This document shows positions 39,201 through 52,559 of a stretch of DNA of 64,000 nt, piece after piece. The stretch lies in NCBI RefSeq assembly GCF_036321535.1, contig NC_087437.1, forward strand, positions 116,252,001 through 116,316,000, in the 5' to 3' direction. Both the position numbers and the translations under genes were made by a program. The notes beneath the pieces are model-generated. The model worked only from the letters and a program-made list of their open reading frames with translations, was not told the DNA's origin and made no database searches. How positions within the stretch are numbered: position 1 is the first letter of the stretch; each line of letters begins with the position of its first letter. The stretch comes from Camelus dromedarius (taxonomy: Eukaryota).

Positions 39201-42200
39201 ATCAACCCGAATTAATAATTTGTGAACATTTAGATGCCTAAAAACTGGGGACAGGAATTCTTATTTTTCATTTAGTATGTTACTAGTGCGTAAAAAGAAA
39301 AGACGAAGAAAGAGCTGTTGATTGGAGTTGATAATTAATTCCTAATAAAATCACAAGAATTGGCTGTAGAAGTCGAAGGGCCCAACGGACATGAGTATAA
39401 ATGCCAAAGATGTCACAAAGGGAGGTAAAGGCCGTAAATCTAGTACAAGTAAATTTCAGCCAAATGCAGGGAACTTTGGTACATTTTGTGCAGCCTGGAG
39501 CAGCGACCTCTTTGAGCCTGTCCTTCATGGAAAGGTTGCAGCTCCAAGTCTTCCTCTACATGGTGCACAGAAGCCCTGATTCCCAACCCGTTAGAGAATC
39601 AGGCCAGTGGTTTTGTATTCCTAACCAGCGCTGGATGGGCAAAACCAAAGATGAAGGCATCAACCTAAAAGTCCATCACCAAGTTTTTTTGTTTAGCAGC
39701 TCACATCTTATGAGATAGTACTTAACTATGATCTTTATTCAAGGCCAAAATCTTATCTAGTATCCATGCCTTTCCACCCACATAAGATGTCCAATTTCAT
39801 CCCTCAAAAATATTCAAGTTAAAGGTAGAAACCACCTAAGATTAGACTCCAATGGAGCTACTACAATAGATTACACAGTACCTATTCTCTTAAAAAAAAA
39901 ATCAGAAGTTAATTCTGAGCTAATAAATGTGAGCTCTTGGCTTATTATTCTTATTATTGCAAATGTCCTTAATATTCCTGAAAAAGTAAAGAGCTTCCAA
40001 GAATGTGATTGGAGGGGAGTTCAAAGGAATGATTGTTTTTCATTTACTCTAATTTAACCATATTCTTTCATCTGCAATCAAATCTTAAGACTAAGGATGT
40101 TGTATTAAAGCAAATCATTGCAGGAAGTATGACTGTATCAGGGACTTTTTACAAAAACAAACTTCCAGATCATGAGAGGAAGCTGTGTTTGTGTGCTGAC
40201 ACAGAGTATTAAACAGCCATCAGGAGAGGAAGGCTGTCATCAGGATGACAGCCAACTTGGATCTATTTTTGAAGAATTATTTCTGCAGGGTGTCATGGAA
40301 TTGTAAGTTACAAAAAAGAATGCTTTAGTAAACAGTCATCTCCATTCCAAAAGGACCCGCTCCAAAATACGACTTAATGAAATTCACAGGAATGTTATGA
40401 AGGTGGAAATCCCACGTGACATGCAGATTTTACGAGCAAATAGTCCCACTACTTGTAAGTCCTGGCGGTGTGCGTTTACCAAAATCTCCATCACACTTCA
40501 CTCCCTTGCTATATATAGCACTCCATCTGATCACTAAACCATGCTACCAGATGCGTGTTCTTGTTTTCCTCCAATTTTTAAACTAGTCTTCAGCCTAAAT
40601 TTGCTTTAGCATAATAGTGACGTGTTTCTTAAGGTTGAGCTACTCTTTGGGACATATTAGAAATCTCAGACTAACCAATATGTGTGTACCCCGTCACTGC
40701 TGAGCCCCGTCATGCTCTGACAACTCAGCTTTAAATATGTACTTTTACAATCTACAGATTCATACCTCTGTTTGTCAAACCGTTTCCTGTTTTTATTGTA
40801 TCTCCATCATCTTTTCTTTATATATATACATGGAATCACTCTAATCTGTGAAATGACAGCAAATACAATAAAGCCAATTTTATAGTCTTGAGTTTTATTT
40901 TCATTTGTCGGGAAGGTTTTGGTGCTATCGGTGGTGCTCTTACAGGGAGAGGGGTGGAATATTTTCTCAGAGAGCTGAGAGACAAACTCATGTGAGACAG
41001 CCTTTTCCAATGATGGCAACAAGAACTGGGGGGATGACTAGGTTAAAATGGCATTTTCTATCAATGCCAAAAGGGACATACTTTGTTTCCTTTCTAATCA
41101 AAGAAAAGAACATGAATTCCCTTCCCCATCTCTTCTTTTTGCCTTAATACCCTACTGCTCATTTTAGTCAATGATTAAAAAATAAGTTAACAACTTAACA
41201 ACAATCCTTTCAGCACATTATCAGAGTCTCTTCCATTCCATTGCTCTTTTCCACTGATGGATTAAAAGAACGAAAACATATAGTTACATAAGCCTTAAAG
41301 GCATCGCTATGGGTGTGACAGTAAGGCCACACAACCATCTAAGAGCCACACTGCAGAGAAATGCACCCAAGAAACAGCTGTTGTCCTCAAAGCACTTTCC
41401 TGGGGGAACCACACACACCAGCAGCTCCACACCTTCTGCAGGTGTCTCTTTTGGAACCCGCTCTTTCTGAATCACTCATTGCAACATTCTCAGGGGTGGC
41501 AAGACTGCACTCTTTGAGTGAGAATGTGACAGGTGGAAATAAAAAAAAGGCTGGAGCATATGTTAGGAAGTCAAATTCGAGGACGCTGTTTGGGCAAAAA
41601 AAACAACATGTTTTCCGGAAAGTGCAGTAATCTGGAACACAGTCATGAGACTCATCAGTGAGATACGTTTTATTAATTTTAATTTGCATGAAATTTCTCA
41701 GACCCATATTATTTTCCACTCCATTATCTCAAGCTTCTGCTTGCCCTTGTAGGGTGACCTTGGCCAAGAACCGAGCTGTCCACGTCCAAGACATAAGACA
41801 GCTTTGCCCCCACCACACCATGTCCCTGAGGAAGTGACTATGTGGGACTTTGTTACAGCAGCGTGGGAAGCTTTGGTTCTGAGCTGGAAACACAGCCTCT
41901 TGGTAGCCATCATTTCTCTTCTCAGAATTCCTTGATTGCATTCTCCTGCCTTCAGAGAGTCAGACAGACAAGTTTTATGGTTTAATTTTTCATGCAAAGG
42001 TCCATATTCTTCCCAGAAACTCTTACTTTGTTTGAGTAGTTGTTCTCCAAATTTCCTTCCCTTTACTTGAATGTAACACCTCCATTACAGTGCTTAGCAC
42101 ATAGCGTATCTGAGTGTCCCAAGGGCTATTTTCTGTATCTTCCTTGGTTTGCCTCTTTTGGGTCTGCTGGAAACTCTTGTTTACATGTGATTTAAAGACG

Positions 42201-42721
42201 TCCCATAAGTCTGCTGCAAACAACAGACTCCCAGTTTGACATCAACATAGAACAACCTGTGCTCTTCCTTCTGCCCCGCCTCCACCACAAATTTGGCTGA
42301 CCTGCCCGTGGGAAGCATGTTGTAGCGTGTCCTGTCACAGCACGCCTCTTCTGCTCGTGCAAGCCACGCATACATGCACATACACCAGTCTCAGGGCTTC
42401 TGCTCACACCTTGGACTTGCAGAGAACAAGCAACACTCACACTCCTAGGGTTCTGAATGCTTCAAGCAACTTCAAATATTTGATAGTCCATTTTATACCT
42501 AATGAAGGAGGTAGGTCAAGTCTAATTCCTATACTTTATGGAAGACCCTATTACAGCTCACTGAGGTTCAATGTCTCACCCAGTGTGACCCAGTGAGCCA
42601 GGGCCGTAATCCAGGCCTTTCCCTTGTGGCCTTATGATCCATCCCCTAAATCTACAACATGGGGATGGGGATCTCACTGTGGAGCTGATTTCTATGTACA
42701 ATAGGTCAAAATCAGAGCTAA

Positions 42722-42930
42722 TTGTGAGTTTGGGATTTACAGATATACACGACTATACATAAAATATAAACAATGAGGTCCTACTGTATGGCACAGGGAA
42801 CTATATTTAATACCTTGTAATAGCCTATAATGAGTAGCTGAATCATGATGCTATACACCAGAAATTAACACGATGTTGTAAACCAACTATACTTCAATTA
42901 AAAAAAAATTTTTTTAAAGAATAAGAAAAA
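42722..42930 (+). mobile_element. 5'-truncated L1 with TSD
   Basis: ggtcctactgtatggcacagggaactatatt...ttgtaaaccaactatacttcaattaaaaa. TSD AAAATCAG(A/G)GCTAA at 42708-42721 and 42931-42944. Confidence 0.88.
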
Positions 42931-43279
42931 AAAATCAGGGCTAAGTGATGACAGAATGGATCACCAGGGAAAGCATGAGGCCGGGAGCCTGGAAGAATTC
43001 CACGAAGGCCTCACATGTTGCCAGGGGTTTGTTATTCAGGGGCTGAGCACACAGGGTAAGTATCCAGAAGGTAGAAATGATATGAATCAATCAAGTGAAA
43101 GAAAAGAGCAGAGGTGTATGAATGTCACTCGCTAAGATGGAAACAAAATCTACAGCCCCGCTGTTTATCTCAGTAAGGACAAACAGTTGGCCAAAAAGCA
43201 GACATGGGGGTGACCAGAATTAAGAAACCCCAGAGGAAGGTCTTGTTGATCAAGCGTATATACCTAGTTTGGTTCAAAG

Positions 43280-43465
43280 TTCCTCACAGCCATTATGATT
43301 GCAAAGTATCTCCTTCAAGCAGGCAGGTTTTGTCAGGATCTCCATTTTATTGATGATAAAACTGAGGCTCAGAGAAGTTAAGTAACTTGTCCAAAGCTAC
43401 GTAGCCAGGAAGTGACAGAGCCAGGAGTGAAAGCCAGGACTGACCAAAGTGAAAGTCCGTCTTCT
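43280..43465 (-). mobile_element. MIR
   Basis: aaactgaggctcagagaagttaagtaacttgtccaaagctac...aagtgacagagccagga. Confidence 0.85.
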
Positions 43466-44779
43466 TCCCGGAGTTCTCGCCTGACTTCCGGAGGGACCGC
43501 TCACTGCACGGAGCCTCTAAAGAAGCCTCACGGATTTAGTGGCTGATGTTCTTGGAACAAAGCAGCCATTGCTCGGTCCTCACGTGTTTTTGTCAAGTGA
43601 AAACAAACCATGGTGGGGCGGCTATGTTGCCACAGACCTGACCCCAGGGCGCTGAATGAATAACTGGTAAGCGACAGCGCAAATAGTAAGGAATGTACCA
43701 TGTGCTGCCGATACAGAGTCCTGAGTTTCCAACTGACTGTTTTGCTGAGCTCCGAAGACCTGATTTGCAAGGGGCATTTATACTGGGCTCTCCCGAGTAA
43801 CTGTAAGGTAAGCAATCATTTTAAAGTCTTGGTTGATGGAGCTGAGAGACAAAGAGGGCTTTGTAGAGATAAGCAAACACTACAGACCCAGCAGAGCTCC
43901 CTGGAATTGGATCCTGAGTGTAGGGGGCCTGGGTCTGACGGGGACAAGTGAGTGGCCCCAGTACACACGGTCACTGCTGTAATGATGACCAGGGCTCAGC
44001 AGGCGGGATCAGGACCCAGACACCCAGAAAAGGCAGAAACACAGGCCAAGCCCACGAGGGAGTCCTTGGAAGCTGATTGTAGAGGGAGGTGCTGACGGAT
44101 GGGCCCTGATGCTCAGGAAGACTAGACTGCAACTCTCCCTGCTCCCTGGGCAGGCGGGTGAAGGGAAGGGTGAATGAGAGAGAGGTGGCGAGTGTCCATA
44201 ACAAAGAGTGGACATCAAGGGAGTGACGTCTCAGGATCCGAACCGAAGGCAGCCAAATCAGAAGCAGGACTCTGTTCCTAGCAGAAGTCAGTGAAGAAGG
44301 GAAACAGGCAGAGGCTTATTTCTGGGGTGAAAAACTCGGGCTGGAACTCAGGCCAGAGGCTGGCCACGACAGGCACAGAACGGGTAGTATAGTAGGGCTT
44401 CCTCACCGGAAGAGGGGTTCAAGGAGAGCGAGCCCTGGGCCAAGCAGCCCAGGTGAGGGGCCAATGGCCCAGAGCACCTTCATTTCCCCCGCGTGGGAAT
44501 CCAAGCTGGAGACCACAGCTCAGGCCTCAGTGCCGTCCAAGGCAGAGGTTGGAGGCCAGGAGGCTGGGGTGCATCCTCACAGCAGGATGCGTGTGGTTCA
44601 CCGTTGGGTTAAGTGGTCTGTTGCCTCACTTAATACTTACCCAGCCAAATTAGACGCATTAACAGTCACTCGATCACCAAGCCGGGTCCTTAGAGTGTTG
44701 TGGTCTCCATATTAATATTGATTTGGCAAAATTTATTATATTAAGAGATAAAAGCAGATTCCTGAGAGAGCCATGACAC

Positions 44780-45223
44780 TTGTTTTCTTTCCCTAGGCCT
44801 GCTGTCATGAATTACCACAAACTTCTTGCCTCACAGTTCTGGAAGTAAGAAGTCCAAAATCAGCATTGGCAGGGCCGTGCTCCCTCTGAACCTGTGGGAT
44901 AGGCTCCTCCCTGGCCTCCTCCAGCTTCATGGTGGCTGCAGACATCCCTTGGCTTGTGGTGGCCTGTTTCCAATCTCTGCCTCCCTCTTCGCATGGACTT
45001 CTCCCTGTGTCTTCACATTATCTGTCCTCTCTGTGGGTCTGTTTCTGTGTTCAAATTTCCCCTTTGTATTTACAAAAACAGAAGTTAGATTACACTAGGG
45101 ACCACTTAATGAGCTCAGCTTGCTTACCGTTGTAAAGACCTGATTCCTAAATGTGACACTCCGAGGTGCTGGGAGTTAGGACTTCCATGTATCTTTTTGA
45201 GGGGGCCCAATTCAACCTGCAAC
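44780..45223 (-). mobile_element. MaLR solo LTR (MLT1B/C-like)
   Basis: ctcacagttctggaagtaagaagtccaaaatc...ccaatctctgcctcc...gttaggacttccatgtatctttttgaggggg...aattcaacc. Confidence 0.85.
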
Positions 45224-45859
45224 TCTTCTTCCCTTTCCAGTTCATCACCAGCTTCTCAACACTCATCCTCCTCCTGTTCTTGGAAAGGATAAGAGGCTCC
45301 ACTGAGTGATGGAGACTGTTCTGGGCCTCCCAGTTCTGCAGAAGCAACAGACAGAGCAAACCTCCAGCAGATGCTCCATTGTGGGAGCCGTGCCAGTGGG
45401 CTATCTGAGAACCCCCAAGAGGGTTTCAGTTCTCAGTGCAGAGAACAAAGTATTCTCTTCCTTGGAGGTTCTCACCACCTTTTTGAACACAGGAAGACTT
45501 TATAACCCTGGTTTTCAAAGAGTCAGAGGCCAGTGGTAGCCTCTACAGGTTAATCATATACTGGGCTTCCCCTCTCAACTGCTGTCACAGAGAGCTTGCT
45601 GATTTCCCAAGACGTGAAAGCACTTGACTTTTAAATGCGTTTCATAATTCTGTGTCTGCCATTTTTTGGCATTTTGTGTCTCCGCTATAAAGACATACTT
45701 GGTGGAAGCAGCTCGGCAGCCATCGCCAGCTCACTGGCTGAGGTGTGCCTGCTGGGTCCTCACACTTGCGTCATTTTGCTGAATCAGGCAGCACTACGTT
45801 GTTCTGGGAACAGTGCTTCTGCTCCTACACATTGTTCTTCACCCCAAAGTCGTCTCTTC

Positions 45860-46330
45860 CTCCAGTGCTGGAAACCTAGGGCCCACCCTGTCTTCTGCTC
45901 CCTCACCACTGAATCTAATTCCTCACCCGTCCCTGTCCACACCACCCCGGAAATGACTCTCAAGTCAGTTTCTTCTCTTTCAGTCACTCCTGCCGTATCT
46001 CAGGCCATCATCATTTCCCACTGGTTTTTTGGAAAACTTTTACACTGGTTCTACCTGCCTCTCATCTTTCTCCCTTCCACGCCATCACACTGTACCCGGA
46101 GGGGTCATTTTAAATGGATCGTATTAAAATCTGATCCTATGTCTCCCTCACTCGAAGCCTTATCCTTCAGAATAAAGGCCAAGTGTCCTACCATGGGAAT
46201 CATTGCGCTCCTTGATCTGGCTCCTAACAACCTCCTCCCTTGCCACTCCTCCCCTTTGCGTTCTGTCTTCGAACATCCCCAGCTGTTAGCGAGTCCCTGA
46301 ATGCTTCCCCTCTTGCCATCCTCTGGGCCT
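45860..46330 (+). mobile_element. L2 fragment
   Basis: caggccatcatcatttcccactgg...aaaatctgatcctatgtctccct...cagaataaaggccaa. Confidence 0.6.
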
Positions 46331-46629
46331 TTGGCGATGCTTCTCCCCCTGTCTGGGACGTCGCTGCTGGGTCTTCTTGCTGCCTTGCATGAGGGGTTTT
46401 CTTGGCAATGCCAATAATCTCTCCGATAAGGGGGCCACTCCATCCACTCTCCATGACATACCAACATCCCGGCAAGCTTCCTTGGCGTGGCGCCTGGGCT
46501 CACCCTGCCTCTGGATAACATTCCACATCTGCCCAGAGGCGTCTCTAGAGCCAAGCCTTGCAGCTGGGCTGTTCCCAGGCCCTGGCTCACTTAGGTGAGG
46601 GGTTTGACACCGGCCCTCCTGAGGAGACT

Positions 46630-46805
46630 AGGCTGGGGCAAGGTAGCATAATGAGACACTTGCCTCAGGTGCGAAATGTAAGGGATGCTAAAAAACGAAG
46701 TAATCCAGACTACATTTTGAAGTAAAAATTTTAAATTTTTGGATTTTTAAAAAATCCATGGTGGACAAACTATCAAAATTTCAGATAAGGGTAAGATTAG
46801 TAAGA
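46630..46805. mobile_element. hAT-Tip100-like DNA transposon end
   Basis: cacttgcctcaggtgcgaaatgtaaggg...aaaatccatggtggacaaactatcaaaattt; family uncertain. Confidence 0.45.
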
Positions 46806-46809
46806 GTGT

Positions 46810-48810
46810 GCAAAGGAAAATGCATAGTTTCAGGAGTTTATTTTATTAGAGAAGAAGAAAGGTCTAAAGTTAATGATTTAAGCTTCAGCTTCAAGAAGTT
46901 AAAAAAAAAAGTAAATTGAATCCAAAATAAATCAAAGGAAGGAAATACTAAAAACATAATAGAAATCAGTGAAACTGAAAATTCACAAATAATGGTTCTG
47001 TTTCTGGTAACAAACTTACCCTCCCGCAGATAGCAGCTGTATATACTGGAAAAAATTCATACAATCAACTACCCAAGGGCTCTACAATAGAGTGAACAGA
47101 AGCCAGTGAACTTCTGAGGAGTTGAAACTCATAGGAAGCAACACGCATGGGGGACCTTCCCATCTTTTCAGCCTTGCTCTAAGGACAACTGCATTTGTGA
47201 CATGCCATAGGGCAACTAAGACTCCAATGGAAAGTCATCAGTTTTCTGGCTCAGGAGACAAGGGAAGGTGCCCAGGGCAGCCAGGGCTACTGGAGGGCGG
47301 TGGGGAGGCAAGAGCATGGAATGGTAACCCCTGAAGCTGCACACAAACTCTAAAAAGTCTGTGGGTGACCCCTGGAGGATACACACATGGGGCAGACTGC
47401 AAAGTCCAAACTCAGAACACAGCTACTGCACAACCACACGTGAGATTAAGTTTGAAGTTTGGCCCTCACCAAGCCGATGGCTTGCTAAAAGAAAACATTA
47501 GCACACTTAGTAAGAGGAGGACAGAATTCAGATTATCTAGAACATGACTTTGACAATGTTTAGGATACGATCCAAAATGAAGTGACATATGAAGAACCAG
47601 GAAAATGTGACCTCCTCTCAAGAGAGAAGATAATTAACAGAGGTCAACCTTAAGATGACAATTGTTCAGGCTATGCTCAGTGAGGGAGAGAAAATACAGT
47701 GGAAATGAATGGGAAAAAAATTAGGAAAGCAGAGATACCAAATGTATAAATAAGGACCAAGTTGAAATTCTGGAACTGAAAAGATAAAATATCTGAAATA
47801 AAAAACTTACTAGAGGGGTTGAATAGCAAATGGAAATGAAAAGGAAAGGGGAGGTGAACTTGAATGCATATCAGTAGAATTATTCAAACTAAAGAAGAGA
47901 GAGAGAGAAAAAAAAAAGACTTTAAAAAAGTGAATAAGCCCCAGGGACCTGTGAGATAATGTCACATATCTACCGTATAGGTGAGCAGAGACCCAGCAGT
48001 TCCATCCTTAGGCATTACCCAGGTGAAATGAAAACATACAGCCACTCGAAGACTTACACATCATTGAATATGGAAGCTTGATTGATAACAGCTAGAAAAA
48101 TAGCCTAAATGTTCATCCATAGGTGAATGGATAACAAAATGTGATCTATCCATCCAATGGAATAAATAAAAACTAATGGTCTTCTGATGAAGACAGCAAT
48201 ATAGATGAATCTTACAACATTATTCCCAGCAAAAGAAGCCAGACAAAAAGAGTACATACCATATGATTCCGTCCATATAAAATTCTAAAATTTTCCAAAT
48301 AATCTACAGTAACAGAAAACTAATCAGTAGTTGCCTGGGGTCGGGGGTGGACAGGGAAATGGACTGCAAAAAGGAGTGAGGAAATCTCCTGGGGTGATGG
48401 AGATGTTCTTAATTTTTATTGTGGTGATGGTTCATAGGTCTATACATCACTCAAAGCTAAGTTCCAGAGATCTGCTGTGTGGCAGGAGCTATAGTTGACA
48501 ATACAGTGTTCTGCACTTTAAAATAAGAGGCTAGATCTAATGCCAGGTGGTCTAACACACACAAACACACACACACACACAAACACACACAGTAAAACAT
48601 AAGGACATTTTTGGAAGCAATGGATAAGTTTAGTACTTTGGTTGCAGCGACAGCAATGACCAAACCCACCAAGGTATATGCATTAAAACACACACAACTT
48701 ATTGTATATCATTACACCTCCATAAGCTGCACACACACACACATCAATCAGGGCAATTTAAACCCATGCAGTTATTATATCTTAATTTTCACATACATAA
48801 TAAATTAGAT
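46810..48810 (+). mobile_element. Mosaic of old L1M fragments (ORF relics and 3' ends)
   Basis: A-rich L1 sense strand: gaaattctggaactgaaaa, ggtgaatggataacaaaatgtg, aaaagaagccagacaaaaagagtacatac...atgattcc, ggggtgatggagatgttct. Confidence 0.8.
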
Positions 48811-48944
48811 TAAAAATTGATATACTTGCTAACCACCAGGGAGCTAGTTAAAAATGAAGATTCTGATTCATTAGCTCTGGGCTGGGTCCCGAGATTCCGC
48901 ATTTGTAACTAAAGCTCCCAGGTGATACCCAAGTTGTGGGTCTG

Positions 48945-49260
48945 TTTTTGTTTTTGTTTTGTTTTCGGCAGGAGGGAGTAATTGGGTTTATTTACATATT
49001 TTTGTTGTTGTTGTTGTTGGGGGGGGAAATAATTGGGTTTATTTCTTTATTTATTTTTAGAGGAGGCACTGGGGATTGAACCCAGGACCTCATGCATGCT
49101 AAGCATGCGCTCTGCCACTTAAACAATACCCTCCCCACATACTTATGTATTTTTAAATTTATTTTATTTTATTTTACTTTTTGGTGGAGGGACTGGGGAC
49201 TGAACCCAGGATCTTGTGCATGCTAAGCACACGCTCTACCACTGAGCTGTACCCTCCCCC
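48945..49260 (-). mobile_element. tRNA-derived SINE (Vic-1-like), outer copy
   Basis: Minus strand reads gggggagggtacagctcagtggtagagcgtgtgcttagcatgcacaagatcctgggttcagtccccag (A and B boxes) followed by an A-rich tail. Confidence 0.85.
49002..49136 (-). mobile_element. tRNA-derived SINE (Vic-1-like), inner copy
   Basis: Minus strand reads ggggagggtattgtttaagtggcagagcgcatgcttagcatgcatgaggtcctgggttcaatccccag...aaataaacccaattatttcccccc. Confidence 0.85.
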
Positions 49261-49454
49261 TCCAAGCTGCTGGTCTGAGTGCCAACACTTAAAGGAGCCG
49301 GAGACCGAGCTACAATCTAGGTAAGATATAATTAAAGAGCGTATCATAAATCCTCTTTCCGAGTGTGGTCAGCACCACGTCTCTCATCCCTACAGGGCTG
49401 TGTCATGTCCCACAACTTCCTCCCCGGTGCCACCAGTCTGCGAGACTGCTAACA

Positions 49455-49690
49455 ACAGTAACGATCACATCTGGCATTTACTAAGTCGCACTAAGTGTTC
49501 GATGCTGTTCTCATGGCTGCACGTGAATTTACTCATTTAATCCTCAGCACAGAGGCAGGAACTACTGTTATCCCATAATAACAAATGTCAAAAGCCAAAG
49601 CACAGAAAGTTTAAGGGACTTGCCCAAGGTCAGAGCTGACACCCAGATGCGGCAGATTCAAACCCCCTGCATCTCGCACTTAACCCTGTG
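49455..49690 (-). mobile_element. MIR
   Basis: actcatttaatcctcagca...actgttatcccata...gacttgcccaaggtcagagct...gattcaaaccc. Confidence 0.8.
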
Positions 49691-50208
49691 CTCTATGGTT
49701 TCTCTTCAGAGAAATTATCATGCTCCAGACACGGCAGGTTCCGACCCAGACATCAGAATCTCTGGTCCACGTCCAAGAATCTCCCCGCTTTGCTGTTCCT
49801 TACGGAGGGCTTTATTGTTTCAACATCAAATATTTATTGAGCTCTTGCCACGGATCGGGCTTTGTCCACGAGACAGGCCGGCTCTTTGTATGCTTCCCTA
49901 AAAGCCTGTTATCCTTTGCCAATTGACCCAGCATCCGAGCAGTGTCTGCTCCTTGAGCTTTTTGCCAAGAAGGCCAACTGGCATTCCCTACCACCCTCCT
50001 CCATCCTCCCAGTGGCAGCGTCATGTTTGAGCAGAACCAGAACCACGCTTTGCCCTGTGTCTTCTCGCATCAGAGAGCCCACACTATGAGAGATCCGGGC
50101 TGTGAGCTTCTGGGGACTTGGGCTGCCGTTTCAATCTCTGGCTACCGGAAATGGAGTGTTCTTAAGATACCCACCCCTGCAACTGGAGGATACTCACTGA
50201 GATGTAAT

Positions 50209-50738
50209 TGTAAGCACGGATGACTCTGGAGTTCCCTCCTATAGGCCTGTCAATCACTTCCATCCAGCCAATCTCCAGGGAAGCAGCTAAGAACCTGGGC
50301 TCATTATCCATCCTCCAAGCAGTCTTTGATTGGAATTCTGCATTTTCAAAACTCCCTATTTTCCAGTTGCCTCATCATCCCCACAAACAGGCTGTGAGCA
50401 CCCCAGCCAGGTGACCAGGTGCACGTGACAAGGCTTCACTGCTTGCCCTCCCCTGACTGTGACGTTCAGACACACCAGTGAAACCCCCTCCTGTCTTTGG
50501 CTTGCGTGCTCCACCTGAGCCCTAGGGAGGCATTGGCTCTTGGGTCCTCACTCTTCCCCACCTGCCTGGCTGAGCCCGCTCCCTGGATGCTCTGCGCCTG
50601 TGGCCCCTGTACGCCCATCTGTGCCTCCTCCTTCAGGACCTGTGATTGTAATAAACCTCTTCCACTTCCACACGCTTCTGTGGTGTGGTTCTGTATCCAC
50701 ACCAGATTGATCATCAAAAATACCCATTTTAAGCAACA
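50209..50738 (+). mobile_element. Solo ERV LTR
   Basis: TG...CA termini flanked by TAAT on both sides (50205-50208, 50739-50742); AATAAA at 50650-50655. Confidence 0.65.
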
Positions 50739-52559
50739 TAATTATTCTTTACAATCCATGATTCCTCTCCTGAGCTGAGGGTGAGAAAGCTTCAGGACCC
50801 CTGGGTGAACTTCTGGCAGCAGCTGGCACAAGGTGGGGGCTGGGGACAGAAGGCTGGCAAAAGGTGTCCAAGGAAATCTAAGTGATGCTTTGACAGTGCC
50901 CAGCGCAGTATATGAATCTTTCAGGGCAGCAAGAAGGAGGAATTTGCTGAAGGGGAAGGTTCTTGGTGAGAAGAAGAGTTTAGCAAAGAAGACAGAGTTA
51001 AGCTGGAGTAAGAAGTGCTCTGAACGTAGATCCGCCTGAGGCAGGAACTGGACCGCTGACCTCTCCAAGCCCTCCCACGTCTACGAGTCTATCTCAGCGA
51101 GTTTCGAGTCCATTAGGACTTTGTGGCTTCCTGATGGAAGACTAACCACTAGAGAAGCTGACGGCCCTTGGCCGAGCCCACTTGCCAGTTGACGACAACA
51201 CGGCTTAGAACCAGCCTGGGCAGCTTCCCCAGTCAACCCATCCCTCTTACCGAATGGTAGTTTGGTGAGCTGAGTGTAAATGAATGAGAAACACATGGAT
51301 TTAATTTCCCTTGAAATTAGGATTGGGTGAGTCCAGCCACAGTTTGGAATTGCTGAACGTCTCCAATGATATTTTTTTTCAAGTGCTTTTCGTTCAGAAA
51401 TTCCAAGAGCATGGTTCTGCTAAGCACGTTTCCCCTGCTTTGTGTAAAAGCCTTCAAGGTCTGAAAGGGAATTTGATCTGCATATTTCAACTTCTTTGCA
51501 CTTTACTTATCAAGATGTTTAATACAATTTCCTGGAAGTCTGAGAAATATTTTATGCCTTTTTTCAAACTTGTTTATGTAGGGAGAGGAAACAGTGCAGA
51601 AGGTTGGAAAACTAGTGTGCCAGAAAATGTGGGTCTGGGTGAACGTTTACGCTTTCAGGGACCGAGGGCCCAGAATTACATGTATGTTAGGTGTGCTAAA
51701 GGAATGTATTTGAAAATCTCTCGGAAAGTGAGGAAAAGCTGGGTAAATTCAATAGGTATATGCTCGGGGAAGTCTGGAAAATACAACATAGCGTAAAATA
51801 GCTCCAGATTGTCTCATCTCTTACATTCAGGCAACGTGCCTAATAGCCATTGCAGAGTGGAGCAGAGTCAGCACCCAAGCCTCCCCACCACCACGGATCG
51901 CCAGCACTCTCCACGTGTCTCTTCTTTTAAGACATGTGGTAAAGGAGTTGGTATGGAATGCTTAGGAGTGGATGGATGACCAGAGAAGGGGGAAGAAATG
52001 TGCCACAGGAAGTGGACACAGGTGGGGCAGGAGGAATGCCCAGCACCATCTTTGTTTCAGAGGTGTGGCTCAGACCACAGCGTCATGTGTGAGTTCTAAG
52101 GAGCTGTTTTCCCTTACAGGTCATCTTCAGGTTCCAGGGGACAAAGGAAGACACAAAGGGGAGAGAGGCAGTTGTCTCCCCTCTCACGGAACAACCCATT
52201 TGCATTGTGCTTGATGCATGGTACTCCTCAGACCCTCATGGACCCCCTTCTGTTCATAGTGGCAGAGACAGTTAGTAGAGTAATGGACGCTGCCCAGCTG
52301 GAGAAAAGAAGGAAATGGTGGGCTCCTTGAGTACCTGACAAAGTTTGTCTCAGGTGCCTGGGACACGTACCTGGGGATCCCCAAAAAACAATTTGTGGCA
52401 GGGACTTTATGCAGGGGGCAATAACAGAAGAAGGTCTATTGTGATTAACGTAGCCCCCATTTTAATCCCCAGGCTGGTGTACGAAGAGCAAACATAGATT
52501 ACATATCTCTTTAAAACTACATTTATTCTGGCTTTGAAAATAGAAGACTCAGAAGGCCA

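Larger units (their letters stand above)
48830..49295. mobile_element. MER5-like element interrupted by SINEs
   Basis: gattctgattcattagctctgggctgggtcccgagattccgcattt...ctcccaggtgat; resumes gctgctggtctgagtgccaacactt. Confidence 0.7.

Noticed and set aside
39389..39718. TATAAA followed by a 105-aa ORF downstream of KCNJ15
   Set aside because: The ATG is immediately adjacent to the TATA, the protein is unrecognisable, and TATA matches are common in AT-rich DNA.
45635..46300. 221-aa ORF
   Set aside because: It overlaps an L2 relic, has Ser/Leu/Pro-biased composition and shows no recognisable domain.
46810..48810. Active L1 element
   Set aside because: Fragmented, with no long ORF1 or ORF2.
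49060..49260. tRNA-like A/B-box sequences as tRNA genes
   Set aside because: They have A-rich tails and TSDs and are degenerate, so they are SINE heads.
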